Below, piece by piece: positions 20,574 to 31,054 of a stretch of DNA of 64,000 nucleotides. Within the stretch, counting starts at the first letter, position 1, and every line of letters begins with the position of its first letter. Under the pieces are notes generated by a model. The model did not search any database and was not told where the DNA came from. It saw only the letters and a program-made list of their open reading frames with translations. The position numbers and the translations under genes are program-made. This DNA comes from Chitinophagales bacterium (GTDB lineage Bacteria; Bacteroidota; Bacteroidia; Chitinophagales; JADIYW01): the NCBI GenBank assembly GCA_046329805.1, contig JAXLUA010000003.1, forward strand, positions 134,327 to 198,326. Reading direction: 5' to 3'.

Positions 20574-20717
20574 CTATTTTTTTCGTTTTCTAATATACGA
20601 AACCAACCACAATATTACAAATGCCGATACTGCAATTATTACCAATAAAAACAAAATAGGTATAGCAAGTAATATTGGCGATGCTGCATCTAAAAAGATA
20701 TAACTAAAGTTACTCAT
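20574..20717 (-). CDS. Small membrane protein (47 aa), first ORF of the operon; below the ORF-track cutoff
   Basis: Hand translation gives MSNFSYIFLDAASPILLAIPILFLLVIIAVSAFVILWLVSYIRKRKK*. Its stop lies 3 nt before the start of the 66-aa ORF. Confidence 0.4.
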   Translation of the reverse strand: MSNFSYIFLDAASPILLAIPILFLLVIIAVSAFVILWLVSYIRKRKK

Positions 20718-20785
20718 CTACCGGCGATATAACAAGATTAAAAGTACGAAAACTACCCCGCAAAAGCAAGTGGATATTTGGCAAA

Positions 20786-21253
20786 TTAATAACGAGCTGT
20801 TTTTTTTATACGTTGTAAGTCTTTCATCGTGTCGCGTTCCTTTATTGTTTCACGTTTATCAAAAGATTTTTTTCCTTTTGCTAATACTATTTCTATTTTC
20901 GCCAAACCTCTTTCGCTAAAAAATATTTTATACGGAATGATGGTTAATCCCTTTTCTTTTATTCTACCTTCTAGTTTTCTAATTTCTTTTTTGGTGAGCA
21001 GCAACTTCCGCAATCGCATGGGTTCATGGTTGGCATAGCTTCCGTTTTTATATTCTGAAATGTGTAAATTTTTCAGCCAAAGTTCGCTGCTTCTAAAATA
21101 ACAGAAACTATCTCCTAAATTTACTTTACCTTCTTTTATCGATTTTATTTCTGTTCCGGTTAGCACCATGCCGGCCTTGTACGACTCTAAAAACTCGTAA
21201 TTAAATCGTGCTTTTCGGTTTACAATTTCCGGCAATTCAAATTTCTTACTCAC
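20786..21253 (-). CDS. smpB: SsrA-binding protein
   Basis: ..VNRKARFNYEFLESYKAGMVLTGTEIKSIKEGKVNL..; 155 aa with a basic C-terminal tail. Confidence 0.95.
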   Translation of the reverse strand: MSKKFELPEIVNRKARFNYEFLESYKAGMVLTGTEIKSIKEGKVNLGDSFCYFRSSELWLKNLHISEYKNGSYANHEPMRLRKLLLTKKEIRKLEGRIKEKGLTIIPYKIFFSERGLAKIEIVLAKGKKSFDKRETIKERDTMKDLQRIKKTARY

Positions 21254-21365
21254 AACACAAATGTATATAATTTATGATTTAAGATGTAGGATTTATGGCT
21301 TATTTTTCAATTATGATTATTCTTTGTGATTTTAAACCTAATTTCATATTCCTAAAATCAACTTT

Positions 21366-22610
21366 ATGGTGTTAAATTATATTTGGATTTTATTTTTCGT
21401 ACTATCCTTTGTTCTTGTTTTATTTAAGATGCTATTTTTAGGAGATACTACTGCATTGCCTGCTACTATTAATGCAATTACGGATTCTTCTAAAACAGCC
21501 TTTGAAATTTCTTTAGGATTAACCGGGGTGATGTGTTTTTGGTTAGGCATAATGAAAGTGGGTGAAAACGGCGGTGCTATCCGTATATTTTCCAAATTAA
21601 TAAGTCCATTTTTTTCCCGATTATTTCCTGAAATCCCAAAAGAACATCCTGCAATGGGAAGTATTCTGATGAATTATTCTGCCAATATGTTGGGCTTGGA
21701 TAATGCGGCAACTCCACTTGGATTAAAAGCGATGAAAGAACTGCAAGAAATCAATCCGAATAAAGAACAGGCTTCCAACGCCATGATTATGTTTCTCACG
21801 CTCAATACTGCGGGGTTTACTATTATTCCGGTGAGTATTATTGCCTTTAGAGCTACTGCTAAAGCTGCGAACCCTACTGATATTTTTCTACCATTGCTAA
21901 TTTCTACTTATGGCGGAATGATTGCCGGATTAATTCTTTGTACTATCGTGCAAAAAATAAAATGGGATTTTGTACTTACCACTTGGATTATCGGCATCAT
22001 TGGATTTATAAGTGGGCTTACCTACTTATTTAGTGCTATGCCTAAAGAGCAGATGGAAATTGCAAGCAACATCATTGGTGGTCTGATCATATTTTCTGTT
22101 ATCATTACCTTCATAGCATTTGCATATTTTAAAAAGGTAAATGTCTATGAGTCCTTCATTGATGGTGCGAAAGAAGGATTTGAAGTAACTGTAAAAATAA
22201 TACCCTACCTTGTGGCAATGCTCGTAGGCATAGGTATTTTTCGTGCCAGTGGCGGCATGGAAATAATTACGCATGGTATTGCATCATTGTTTACCACTTT
22301 GGGGTTTGATACTCGTTTTGTAGATGCGCTTCCGGTCGCCATTATGAAACCTTTTAGCGGCAGCGGTGCACGTGGCTTAATGGTAGATTTAATAAAACCC
22401 GTAACCGAAGGAGGCTTGGGTGCTGATAGTTTTGCCGGGCGCTTAGCCGGAATTTTCAATGGCAGTCACGATACGACCTTTTATGTTTTAGCCGTATATT
22501 TTGGTGCTGTTGCCATCAAAAAGACACGCTACGTTGTTGCCACCAGCTTATTTGCTGAGTTGGTAAGTATTGTATTGAGTATTGTTGTCTGTTATATTTT
22601 CTTTGGATAA
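21366..22610 (+). CDS. Nucleoside-recognition-domain membrane protein (fused SpmA/SpmB-like)
   Basis: 414 aa polytopic protein. ..SANMLGLDNAATPLGLKAMKELQ.. and ..AGRLAGIFNGSHDTTFYVLAVYFG.. are typical of the Gate/SpmA-SpmB family. Confidence 0.75.
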   Translation: MVLNYIWILFFVLSFVLVLFKMLFLGDTTALPATINAITDSSKTAFEISLGLTGVMCFWLGIMKVGENGGAIRIFSKLISPFFSRLFPEIPKEHPAMGSILMNYSANMLGLDNAATPLGLKAMKELQEINPNKEQASNAMIMFLTLNTAGFTIIPVSIIAFRATAKAANPTDIFLPLLISTYGGMIAGLILCTIVQKIKWDFVLTTWIIGIIGFISGLTYLFSAMPKEQMEIASNIIGGLIIFSVIITFIAFAYFKKVNVYESFIDGAKEGFEVTVKIIPYLVAMLVGIGIFRASGGMEIITHGIASLFTTLGFDTRFVDALPVAIMKPFSGSGARGLMVDLIKPVTEGGLGADSFAGRLAGIFNGSHDTTFYVLAVYFGAVAIKKTRYVVATSLFAELVSIVLSIVVCYIFFG

Positions 22611-22634
22611 TCCATTTACAAACAACCAAATTCC

Positions 22635-25600
22635 TTAACGAATAATGTATAATTTTCCGTATCCGTGTTTGAAATATTTATCTACAGAGGTTTGTTTGAT
22701 ATCAGTAGTAGTACCGTCTAAATTTCTAGTCATTACCCGATAGAAATAGACACCATTTGCTAATCTATCGCCAAAGTTATCGGTTCCATCCCATTTATAA
22801 TCCGTTACATTTGTTCCGACATGTAAGTTTCCTAATTCTTGTTTGGTAATTTCTTTCACTACTTTTCCACTTGCACTAAATATCTGAATAATCAATTGCT
22901 CTGGAATTGTAGCACCGGTAATGGTAAACACAAACTGTGTAGAAGTGGAAAACGGATTGGGGTAATTCAGTACGTTGGTAATAGAAGGTTTTGAATCCAC
23001 TTTAAACTTAATTCTGTAATCGTACTTTCCGGCATCGTTTTTACTTCTATCAATACCTTGTGCCCTTAATTCATACGTACCATCTGTCAGCATCGGTTTG
23101 TAAATGAGTCGTGCTTCATTATTCTTGCCATTGTTTAAATTGGTAGCCGGAATAAAGGTAACATCTGCTTGGCTGCGTGATATTTGAACAGGATTCGTTG
23201 GGTCACTCGGGTAATACATGTAAATTAAAAATCCGGACGTATCGTTTAATGCGAGGTATTTGTTTTCATCTTTTAAGCGCAGCATTATTTCAGGATTGGC
23301 AGAAACATATTCGCCATCGGTAATGTGGCGACCGTCGAAGGTTACATCTAACAACGGATTTATTTTATCTCGTTCTACAAATACGGTAAACTCTGCAAAG
23401 TTATTAAAATGAAATTGCTCCGGCTGGTCTTCATCCGGGTTAACTTCTACCGTTACATAATTCAATCCAAAAAAACTAAATCCGGGGAAATTATAATCAA
23501 ATGTAATGTTGCGTACTTGTTTTGCCGGCAATGGCCCGAAGCGTTTATAGAAAACAGTGATGTTGTTAGAAGCATCTTTAATGATATATTTTACCAATAA
23601 ACTATCCATATTTATTGGTGATACATTTTCGACAGCTACAGTCATATTAAAATTTTCCCCCGAAGCAATAGTATCTCGTGTTTTAGAAAAATATATCGTA
23701 GGGTTTACAACGGCTTCCGGTGCTTTATCGTAGTATAATCTCCAATAATCCATTTGTGGTGGCGTCCCCATTGTATTATCGGATGTTATCCATTGCATTT
23801 GCAAATAAGGATAACGTTTCGCATCTATTTGACTAATAGAAGTAACTCCCCCCTTATTCAAATCGTCACGAAGCAAAGTGCGTGTTCCTATGGTATCGTA
23901 TCCATATAGATTAACTGTCCCTACATCGGCACTATTTGTTTCCAACGAATGCCAATCCATATCAAAATTTTTCCAATTTTTTGCAGGTCCGATTAGTGGA
24001 GTTTCCATAGTTCCATTTGTCCATGTACCTTTAAAAGTGAGAATGGTATCTATTATGTTTGGTGAAAAACGTTGTATTTGCACCGGTGTGAATGAAGGGT
24101 CGCATTTGTGCAAGAAGAAAGCAAATGGTGCATTTTCTACCTGTTGGCGAATTTTAGTTACTCCTAAATTTTCAAATGCTTGATATAAATTATGATCACC
24201 GGGTTGTGTACTATCTGCCAGCCATTGCGAATAGCCGGCATTATAAAAACTATACCCTAAAACATACGCATTACATGGAATGGAATTAATAAAATCATAC
24301 GCATATTGTCGTTCTGTTTTTCCATTGGTATTATCATTCGTAATAAATTCAATTACGTTAATAGGGTATCTATTGCACGTAATATCGTTATATGGGCCGC
24401 GGCAAGTATTGCCGATTTGGTAAGTTTGCCAATTTTGACCTGTATTGCCATCATACACAAAAAATATAAATCCTTTTCTTGCCCATGCGTTACGAGCTAT
24501 AAGATATCCGTCCCAATACGCCTCTATCAATTGATCCGCTATAATTCCATCTCTTAGCTGAATAGTGCGTGTAGTATTTGGATAATAAAACATCCTATCG
24601 TTTTTCAAACTTAATGAAGCAAAAGAATTTCTTAAATATTGGAAATAATGAGATTGATTCCAACCGGTGGACAATGAAGTATTATACAAAAAAGAGCTTT
24701 TTTTCCAATTGGCAGGCACTCCCGTAATTGTATCTAACGTTCCTCTCCAATAATATACTTTATTTTGTAACAATGGAACAGTTGGCTTCCAATGTATTGT
24801 AGCTCCGGGTGCAGTAGTCTTTAATTGTGTAAGAATCGGACTATTAAAAAATTCTGTGGTGTCTATTTGAAAAATATATGACTTAGGACCGGCAAAAGCA
24901 TTTGCTGTTGAAAAAACCAATTCAAAATTCGGATCATTTACCATACAAAATTCATACGGAAAAATTGGGATAATATCATCCGCTAAGATAAGTTTGGTTA
25001 CCGTTACATCATTATTGGTTTCGCAATATTCTGCAATCGTATTATTATAATCTACTTTTATTTTAAAGGTATTTAATCCCGGGCCATTTATTCTATCCGA
25101 TTTTATCCATAAGAATACCGTATCTGTGTTTCGGGCACTCGGTACAGTTACTTTTGTTGTCTGTATCTGTCCATTAGGGAATATTCTATCTACATTTACA
25201 ACGTATTGGTCATTTACAGCAGCTCCTAAGTTTTTCACTATCACTTTTAATAAAAAAGAATCGGCTGCTGCATTTATATTTTGCGGTTCAAAGGTAACGC
25301 TTGCCGGATCGATGTAATAATCTGGTCTAAAGTGTGTATTTATGCGCAAACCGGGGTCTCCGTGAAAAACCATTTGCTCGCCAATTAACGGATTAATTAA
25401 TCCGCCGGCAAGAATTACATTTTTAGAAGTTTCTTTTAGGATGCTGCCAATTTTATCATTGTACATCGTATTGGAAAACAAATTGTAAAATTCACTTGAA
25501 TATGAATTTAAATTCCCTGCGGTAGCATAAGTTACCGGTGCTACATAGCCGATTGCTGCTTTATTTGGCGTTAATACAAATCGTTCGCTGAGGGAACGAA

Positions 25601-27671
25601 AATCAACAAATATACTCCCGACAAAACATCCGTTTGAAAGCATCAAATGATATTTGCCTTTATTATCCATGTGGTCGGGGTCGAGATTAAAATCGGTGGT
25701 TGTGGTGGCCGAGTGCCCAAAAAATGTTATTAATGAAACACCCGTATTTATTAATGAATCCAAGAAAATATTCTGTGCAATTTGAATTGGGTCTGTACTA
25801 TTTTTAAATAACCCACTCACGTTTGCTCCAAATTTTGGAGCTTCAATCACTGCTTTGTAGTTATCCAAATATCCTCTAAATTGTTGCTGTTCAAAATTTG
25901 TATTTCCACCTCCTAAGTGCAATACATTTTTCATCCATAATTTATTAAATGGCGTTTCAGAAACACAAAAAGTGTCGTTTAATATTGACTCGTATTCTTT
26001 TACTTTATCGAGATATAAACGCACGTCATCACCGGTAATTGCAGCTAATCGGCCAACTCCTATTTGTGGATAATTTAGCGCACCCGAACGTGCCGTCAAC
26101 AATACATCTGATGCAGGTTCGCCATACGTCTGTACTAAACTTCTGTTGATATTGTTTTGGTTTCCTAAATTATAGTTGTATTCAAATCCCTTACCGATGA
26201 TGTATAATAATTGAGGACGTGTTGCGAATTTATCGTACGCAAAATTTATAAAATTACGTATTGCTAATGGGTGTTGTACAATTCCATATCCAAATTGGTC
26301 ATTAAGCTCATCTATATAATATACTTTTGCATTATATCCACCGCCTTGTATGCTGGAGCGGTACTTTCGGTATTCCTCAACATTATCTATTCCGTTGGAG
26401 CTGTTTTTTAATTTTTTATTGGAAATTATAAGATAGTTTCCTTGTTGGCTGGCATTGAGAAAATTCGTAAAACTTATAGGCGTTAATAGGTTAATGTTTG
26501 GAATGCTGTTCGCATCTTGTGCAGATAGATACAGGCTTTCTTTATTTAATACGGTTGCGGTTAAATGAAATTTTAATACAGAATCTACTACGCCTAAATA
26601 CCGTTGCTTATTTTTTATATCGTATAAAATTGGGGTAGTGCTTACCGTATTAAAATCTTTTACTTCAAAATAAAGGTCATCCGGTTTTTTTATACTAAAA
26701 ATTGCTGAAGATCGATTTTCGAAACTAAACTTACGAGGGTACACCATTACTACTGAAAGAAGGGTATTCGCTATGCCGCTGCCATTATTTAATTCGTATA
26801 ACTGAATTGCATTCCCACTTTCATTTAAAAACTGACTTCCAATTTGATATATATCTCTCTTTACAATTGGTCCTAAATAATTTTGTATCGTATCAATTTT
26901 ACCATTTATAATTGTTCTTAACCTATGTACACCATCATTACTTAAAACAGCAAATGTAAATGTTGCGTTTACAGCAGGATCTTGATATAGTTTTTTAAAA
27001 GACACCCATCCGCCATTATTTAATACATCATTATACACTCCTGTATATCCTGTATTATCAAATGGGCCAATACACCATCCCTCTCCCGGGTCGAAGTCAG
27101 AATTGTATAATTGTGGCAAAAAAGGAGCTACCGGAAACCCTCTGTTTAAAACGTTTGTTTGCGTGGCAGGCCCTGTATATGCATAAGAAGTATAAAAGCA
27201 ATATTGCTCCGGCGTGGGTGTAAATGAAATATCATTATTTTGTTGTTGCATTCGAGCATTGATGCTAAACGGATCCAAGGTTAGAAAAAATGTAGCCGAA
27301 TCGGTGAACAAACTTTTAACGGTAGAAGGTTGATCGCTGGGCGTTTTATATAGTAATGAATCGGGCTTACCATCATTCATCTCTCCATAAAACTCTATAT
27401 AGTCGGAGCTACTAAATTGATTATTCGTTGTAACATACAAGGGCACTTCTTGTCCATTTCTAAACAATTTAAAACTTGTTCCTTTTAATACAGCCGGTGA
27501 CATTCCCGCACTTATCAATACGGAATAAGGGATTCTATAAATACTTGTTTTGGCTAATTTAAACTTGTAATACGTTTTTGAATAATCTATCCACTCATTG
27601 CCATAAGGCTGTGCTTTTACAGTTGTAAATAGCCACATCAAACAGATAATATGAAAAATTCTTTTTATCAT
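22635..27671 (-). CDS. Very large C25 (gingipain-like) cysteine peptidase-family protein, PorU-like T9SS sortase candidate, with its own T9SS CTD
   Basis: 1678 aa with signal peptide. His/Cys dyad contexts ..LITFFGHSATT.. and ..LMLSNGCFVGSIF... CARDB-like segment ..CETNNDVTV... C-terminus NYPNPFSTSTQFVFTI...GVYFYRV...KLYIIR. Overlaps the PorV-like gene by 4 nt. Confidence 0.8.
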   Translation of the reverse strand: MIKRIFHIICLMWLFTTVKAQPYGNEWIDYSKTYYKFKLAKTSIYRIPYSVLISAGMSPAVLKGTSFKLFRNGQEVPLYVTTNNQFSSSDYIEFYGEMNDGKPDSLLYKTPSDQPSTVKSLFTDSATFFLTLDPFSINARMQQQNNDISFTPTPEQYCFYTSYAYTGPATQTNVLNRGFPVAPFLPQLYNSDFDPGEGWCIGPFDNTGYTGVYNDVLNNGGWVSFKKLYQDPAVNATFTFAVLSNDGVHRLRTIINGKIDTIQNYLGPIVKRDIYQIGSQFLNESGNAIQLYELNNGSGIANTLLSVVMVYPRKFSFENRSSAIFSIKKPDDLYFEVKDFNTVSTTPILYDIKNKQRYLGVVDSVLKFHLTATVLNKESLYLSAQDANSIPNINLLTPISFTNFLNASQQGNYLIISNKKLKNSSNGIDNVEEYRKYRSSIQGGGYNAKVYYIDELNDQFGYGIVQHPLAIRNFINFAYDKFATRPQLLYIIGKGFEYNYNLGNQNNINRSLVQTYGEPASDVLLTARSGALNYPQIGVGRLAAITGDDVRLYLDKVKEYESILNDTFCVSETPFNKLWMKNVLHLGGGNTNFEQQQFRGYLDNYKAVIEAPKFGANVSGLFKNSTDPIQIAQNIFLDSLINTGVSLITFFGHSATTTTDFNLDPDHMDNKGKYHLMLSNGCFVGSIFVDFRSLSERFVLTPNKAAIGYVAPVTYATAGNLNSYSSEFYNLFSNTMYNDKIGSILKETSKNVILAGGLINPLIGEQMVFHGDPGLRINTHFRPDYYIDPASVTFEPQNINAAADSFLLKVIVKNLGAAVNDQYVVNVDRIFPNGQIQTTKVTVPSARNTDTVFLWIKSDRINGPGLNTFKIKVDYNNTIAEYCETNNDVTVTKLILADDIIPIFPYEFCMVNDPNFELVFSTANAFAGPKSYIFQIDTTEFFNSPILTQLKTTAPGATIHWKPTVPLLQNKVYYWRGTLDTITGVPANWKKSSFLYNTSLSTGWNQSHYFQYLRNSFASLSLKNDRMFYYPNTTRTIQLRDGIIADQLIEAYWDGYLIARNAWARKGFIFFVYDGNTGQNWQTYQIGNTCRGPYNDITCNRYPINVIEFITNDNTNGKTERQYAYDFINSIPCNAYVLGYSFYNAGYSQWLADSTQPGDHNLYQAFENLGVTKIRQQVENAPFAFFLHKCDPSFTPVQIQRFSPNIIDTILTFKGTWTNGTMETPLIGPAKNWKNFDMDWHSLETNSADVGTVNLYGYDTIGTRTLLRDDLNKGGVTSISQIDAKRYPYLQMQWITSDNTMGTPPQMDYWRLYYDKAPEAVVNPTIYFSKTRDTIASGENFNMTVAVENVSPINMDSLLVKYIIKDASNNITVFYKRFGPLPAKQVRNITFDYNFPGFSFFGLNYVTVEVNPDEDQPEQFHFNNFAEFTVFVERDKINPLLDVTFDGRHITDGEYVSANPEIMLRLKDENKYLALNDTSGFLIYMYYPSDPTNPVQISRSQADVTFIPATNLNNGKNNEARLIYKPMLTDGTYELRAQGIDRSKNDAGKYDYRIKFKVDSKPSITNVLNYPNPFSTSTQFVFTITGATIPEQLIIQIFSASGKVVKEITKQELGNLHVGTNVTDYKWDGTDNFGDRLANGVYFYRVMTRNLDGTTTDIKQTSVDKYFKHGYGKLYIIR

Positions 27672-28879
27672 TTTGCAGGAGTTTGAGAGGGTTCAGATGG
27701 ATTATGAATTGATTCCGATTCCGGCACCGGCTGATTTGTTGGTGCTGCTACTGGCGCTGCAGTATTGGTATTGATTAGTTCGTTAGTTTCTTTACGTTTT
27801 CTTTTATTAATCCCCAATACTAATGAAACCACATGCGAATATTGATTTTCTGATGCTTTACCCACATCGGTATAGGCATAATCTACGGCTACGTAATCTT
27901 TGTATTTAAACCCTGCTCCGATATTCGGTTGTACTGTAAATGTTTTTTTCCCTTTTGTGTTGTACATTTTTTGGAAATTATTCACCCCTCCCCTCAAAAA
28001 GAAATAATTCCATAACCCTAACTCTACGCCAATTCTCGGGTCCATACTTACTTTTTTTGTCGATACCAACGTATTTCTTTTTCCATCTGTGGTAAGTTCC
28101 CAATCTATTTCGGCTGTCAAATCAATTTTATCTTTAAATTTTTTGTGATAGGCTACGCCAAACTGGATTCTCGGCAAGGTAATTTCTGTCGAGCTTTTGG
28201 GAATTACGTTATTGGTTAATGCTAAAATTTGTTTTTCTTTTTCCGAGAAACTGTAAGACCATGCATTAAACGTAGTGGTAATATCTTTTACGGTCAATCC
28301 AATTCTCCAATCTTTTATAGTGTACATAGCACCAACATCTACACCAAATCCCCACGACCGTGCGAAAGACCCGGCTTTATTATGTACAATTTTAGTAGTA
28401 ATACCTACCGACAAATTGGGCATTATTTTATAGGCATACGACAATAAGATTCCGTAGTTTCCGACAGAGAAATTTCGTACATTATCATAATTTATACTTC
28501 CATCTGCGTCTATAAGGTTTAATGTATTAGGAATATCATCCACGCCAAAGCGCATAAAATTTAATGCTAACGCATGTTTGTTACTATCCAAAGGGAAAGC
28601 AATTCCGGCATAATCAAATTTTGCAATTCCGGCAAAATATTCATTATGCATAAAACTAAATTGCATTTTAGTCGGTATTCGCACTAAGCCCGCCGGATTC
28701 CAATACCCTGCTGTTACATCATTTGTGCTGGCTACCACTGCATTTCCTTTACCAAAATTATGTGCACCAATACCTATATACATAAAATCATTACTGTACT
28801 TTGGGGTATCAGCAAAACCGGAAATATAAGTGCCTATTATTAGGACAAAAACGAGATACTTTTTTTTACAGAAATACAT
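27668..28879 (-). CDS. PorV/PorQ-family outer-membrane beta-barrel protein
   Basis: Signal peptide; ..GKGNAVVASTNDVTAGYWNPAGL.. motif. 403 aa with an unusual polar Pro-rich tail (..NTAAPVAAPTNQPVPESESIHNPSEPSQTPAK). Translationally coupled to the C25 gene. Confidence 0.75.
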   Translation of the reverse strand: MYFCKKKYLVFVLIIGTYISGFADTPKYSNDFMYIGIGAHNFGKGNAVVASTNDVTAGYWNPAGLVRIPTKMQFSFMHNEYFAGIAKFDYAGIAFPLDSNKHALALNFMRFGVDDIPNTLNLIDADGSINYDNVRNFSVGNYGILLSYAYKIMPNLSVGITTKIVHNKAGSFARSWGFGVDVGAMYTIKDWRIGLTVKDITTTFNAWSYSFSEKEKQILALTNNVIPKSSTEITLPRIQFGVAYHKKFKDKIDLTAEIDWELTTDGKRNTLVSTKKVSMDPRIGVELGLWNYFFLRGGVNNFQKMYNTKGKKTFTVQPNIGAGFKYKDYVAVDYAYTDVGKASENQYSHVVSLVLGINKRKRKETNELINTNTAAPVAAPTNQPVPESESIHNPSEPSQTPAK

Positions 28880-29062
28880 ATTTTACAGAGCCTGTTTTAG
28901 TAAAGACAATAATTCCTTTAGCCACTATGACAATGACTTTGGTAAATTTACCTAAAAATACGCTAATAATATGTTAATGTAACTTCTTTTTTCTCGATAG
29001 TGCATTGTTTGATAAATATTTATGAAATTATTGATTTGCTTTCGGTATCCCTTTACAATTTG

Positions 29063-29070
29063 TATTTTTG
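29063..29070 (+). promoter_or_regulatory. Candidate -7 promoter box for tyrS
   Basis: tatttttg matches TAnnTTTG, 22 nt upstream of the ATG at 29092. Confidence 0.4.
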
Positions 29071-29091
29071 CACCACTTAATATTTTAAGCT

Positions 29092-30375
29092 ATGAATTTT
29101 ATCGAAGAGCTAAAATGGCGCGGGATGTTGCATGATATTATGCCGGGCACTGAACAGTTGTTAAATAAAGAAATGGTGAAAGGCTACATCGGGTTTGACC
29201 CTACTGCCGACTCTTTGGGTATTGGTAATATGGTGCAAGTAATGACGTTATTGCACTTTCAACGATGCGGGCACAAACCAATCGCTTTAGTCGGCGGTGC
29301 TACGGGTATGGTGGGCGACCCCAGCGGAAAAAGCACAGAACGGAATATGCTCTCCGTAGAATTATTAAATTACAACTTAGACTGTCAAAAAAAACAATTA
29401 GAGAAATTTTTGGATTTTGATTGCGGTGCAAATTCTGCCGAAATAGTAAATAATTACGATTGGTTCAAAGAATTTTCCTTTTTAAATTTTATTCGTGATG
29501 TAGGTAAATATATTACTGTAAACTATATGATGAGTAAGGATTCTGTCAAAAACAGATTAGAAAACGGCATGACGTTTACCGAATTCAGCTACCAGCTTAT
29601 TCAAGGATATGATTTTTATTATTTATGGAAAAACAACGGCATTAAACTTCAACTGGGCGGCAGCGATCAGTGGGGAAATATTGTAACCGGAACCGAATTA
29701 ATCCGAAGAATAACAGGAGGCGAAGGAGATGCGTACGCATTAACAACCCAATTAATTAAAAAGGCAGATGGCACAAAATTCGGAAAAAGCGAAAGTGGTA
29801 ATATTTGGTTAGATGCCAAAAAAACATCTCCCTATAAATTTTATCAATTTTGGTTAAATGCCGCAGATGCCGATGTGGCAAATTGGATTCGTGTTTTTTC
29901 AATGAAAAATAAAGAAGAAATTGAAGCGTTGGTAAAACAGCATGAAGAGGCTCCACATTTGCGTATTTTGCAAAAAACATTAGCCGAAGAAATTACAGTA
30001 CGCGTACACAGCAAAGAAGATTATGAACAAGCTTTAGCCTCTTCTGAAATATTATTCGGGAAAGCTACTGCCGATAATTTATCGCAATTAAGCAATACAC
30101 AGCTTGAGGACATATTTGACGGCGTTCCTACTTATACAATTACAAAAGATAAAATTTCAGATGGAGTAAACATCTTGGATTTATTGGCACAAGAAACGCA
30201 AATTCTTGCATCGAAAGGGGAAGCCCGGAAATTGGTAAGTGCAAACGGTGTGGCCATAAATTTGGAAAAATACAGCGATGTAAGTGGAATTATAAATGCC
30301 GAAAATTTAATTAACGGAAAATATTTAGTAGTAAAAAAAGGGAAAAAAGATTTTAATTTAATTATTGCAAAATAA
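29092..30375 (+). CDS. tyrS: Tyrosine--tRNA ligase
   Basis: Class I HIGH region (..[13 protein letters not shown]..), KMSKS variant KFGKS, C-terminal S4 domain. 427 aa. Confidence 0.96.
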   Translation: MNFIEELKWRGMLHDIMPGTEQLLNKEMVKGYIGFDPTADSLGIGNMVQVMTLLHFQRCGHKPIALVGGATGMVGDPSGKSTERNMLSVELLNYNLDCQKKQLEKFLDFDCGANSAEIVNNYDWFKEFSFLNFIRDVGKYITVNYMMSKDSVKNRLENGMTFTEFSYQLIQGYDFYYLWKNNGIKLQLGGSDQWGNIVTGTELIRRITGGEGDAYALTTQLIKKADGTKFGKSESGNIWLDAKKTSPYKFYQFWLNAADADVANWIRVFSMKNKEEIEALVKQHEEAPHLRILQKTLAEEITVRVHSKEDYEQALASSEILFGKATADNLSQLSNTQLEDIFDGVPTYTITKDKISDGVNILDLLAQETQILASKGEARKLVSANGVAINLEKYSDVSGIINAENLINGKYLVVKKGKKDFNLIIAK

Positions 30376-30377
30376 TA

Positions 30378-31034
30378 CTACTGTTTTTGTGCTATGGTGA
30401 TGTAATAATCAAAAATAGCCTCTCGCTTATATAAAATATCTTTTACAATTGTAAGTCCACGGCGGGTCAGTTGCTCATTGTATTCCGATAGATTTAATTG
30501 TACGGGATGCAGTACATCTCCGGGAATAATTTGAAAAATCTTTTTTAGTATATTACTGCGATGTGCATCAGTAGAAACAATCAAATACCCGTTTGGCTTT
30601 AGTGCTTTTACAAGATTATCATAGCAACATTCTATATCATTTACATGGTTTATGGCATTTAAGCAAAATATATAATCGTATTTATTTTCATCTGTCAATG
30701 CTTCTATCGCTATATTTCTAAAATCTACCCATGTACATTTTTCGGGGTTAAAATGCTTCAGAGTTTTATATTTATCTAACAGCGGATCAATTGCCGTAAC
30801 AAAATTTCCTTTTAATACCATAAAAACACCTGCCGGTCCGCACCCTGCGTCCATTATATATTTTTCTTCCAAAGGAGTATCTGTATATTCTGAAATTGCT
30901 TGGAGTAATTTATTCCAATACAAGCATTTCCAAGAAATATACTCCTCGGTGTCTTTGTTTTTAAGATAATTTTGCCACCACTTATATTCCAGCGTTTGCG
31001 CTATTTTCCATTTCCAAGTTGCTGTATCGTTCAA
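30378..31034 (-). CDS. Class I SAM-dependent methyltransferase
   Basis: Motif I ..IMDAGCGPAGVF... 218 aa. Starts 20 nt downstream of the OM-barrel gene stop. Confidence 0.8.
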   Translation of the reverse strand: MNDTATWKWKIAQTLEYKWWQNYLKNKDTEEYISWKCLYWNKLLQAISEYTDTPLEEKYIMDAGCGPAGVFMVLKGNFVTAIDPLLDKYKTLKHFNPEKCTWVDFRNIAIEALTDENKYDYIFCLNAINHVNDIECCYDNLVKALKPNGYLIVSTDAHRSNILKKIFQIIPGDVLHPVQLNLSEYNEQLTRRGLTIVKDILYKREAIFDYYITIAQKQ

Positions 31035-31054
31035 TTGAGTATTTTCGGATAAAA

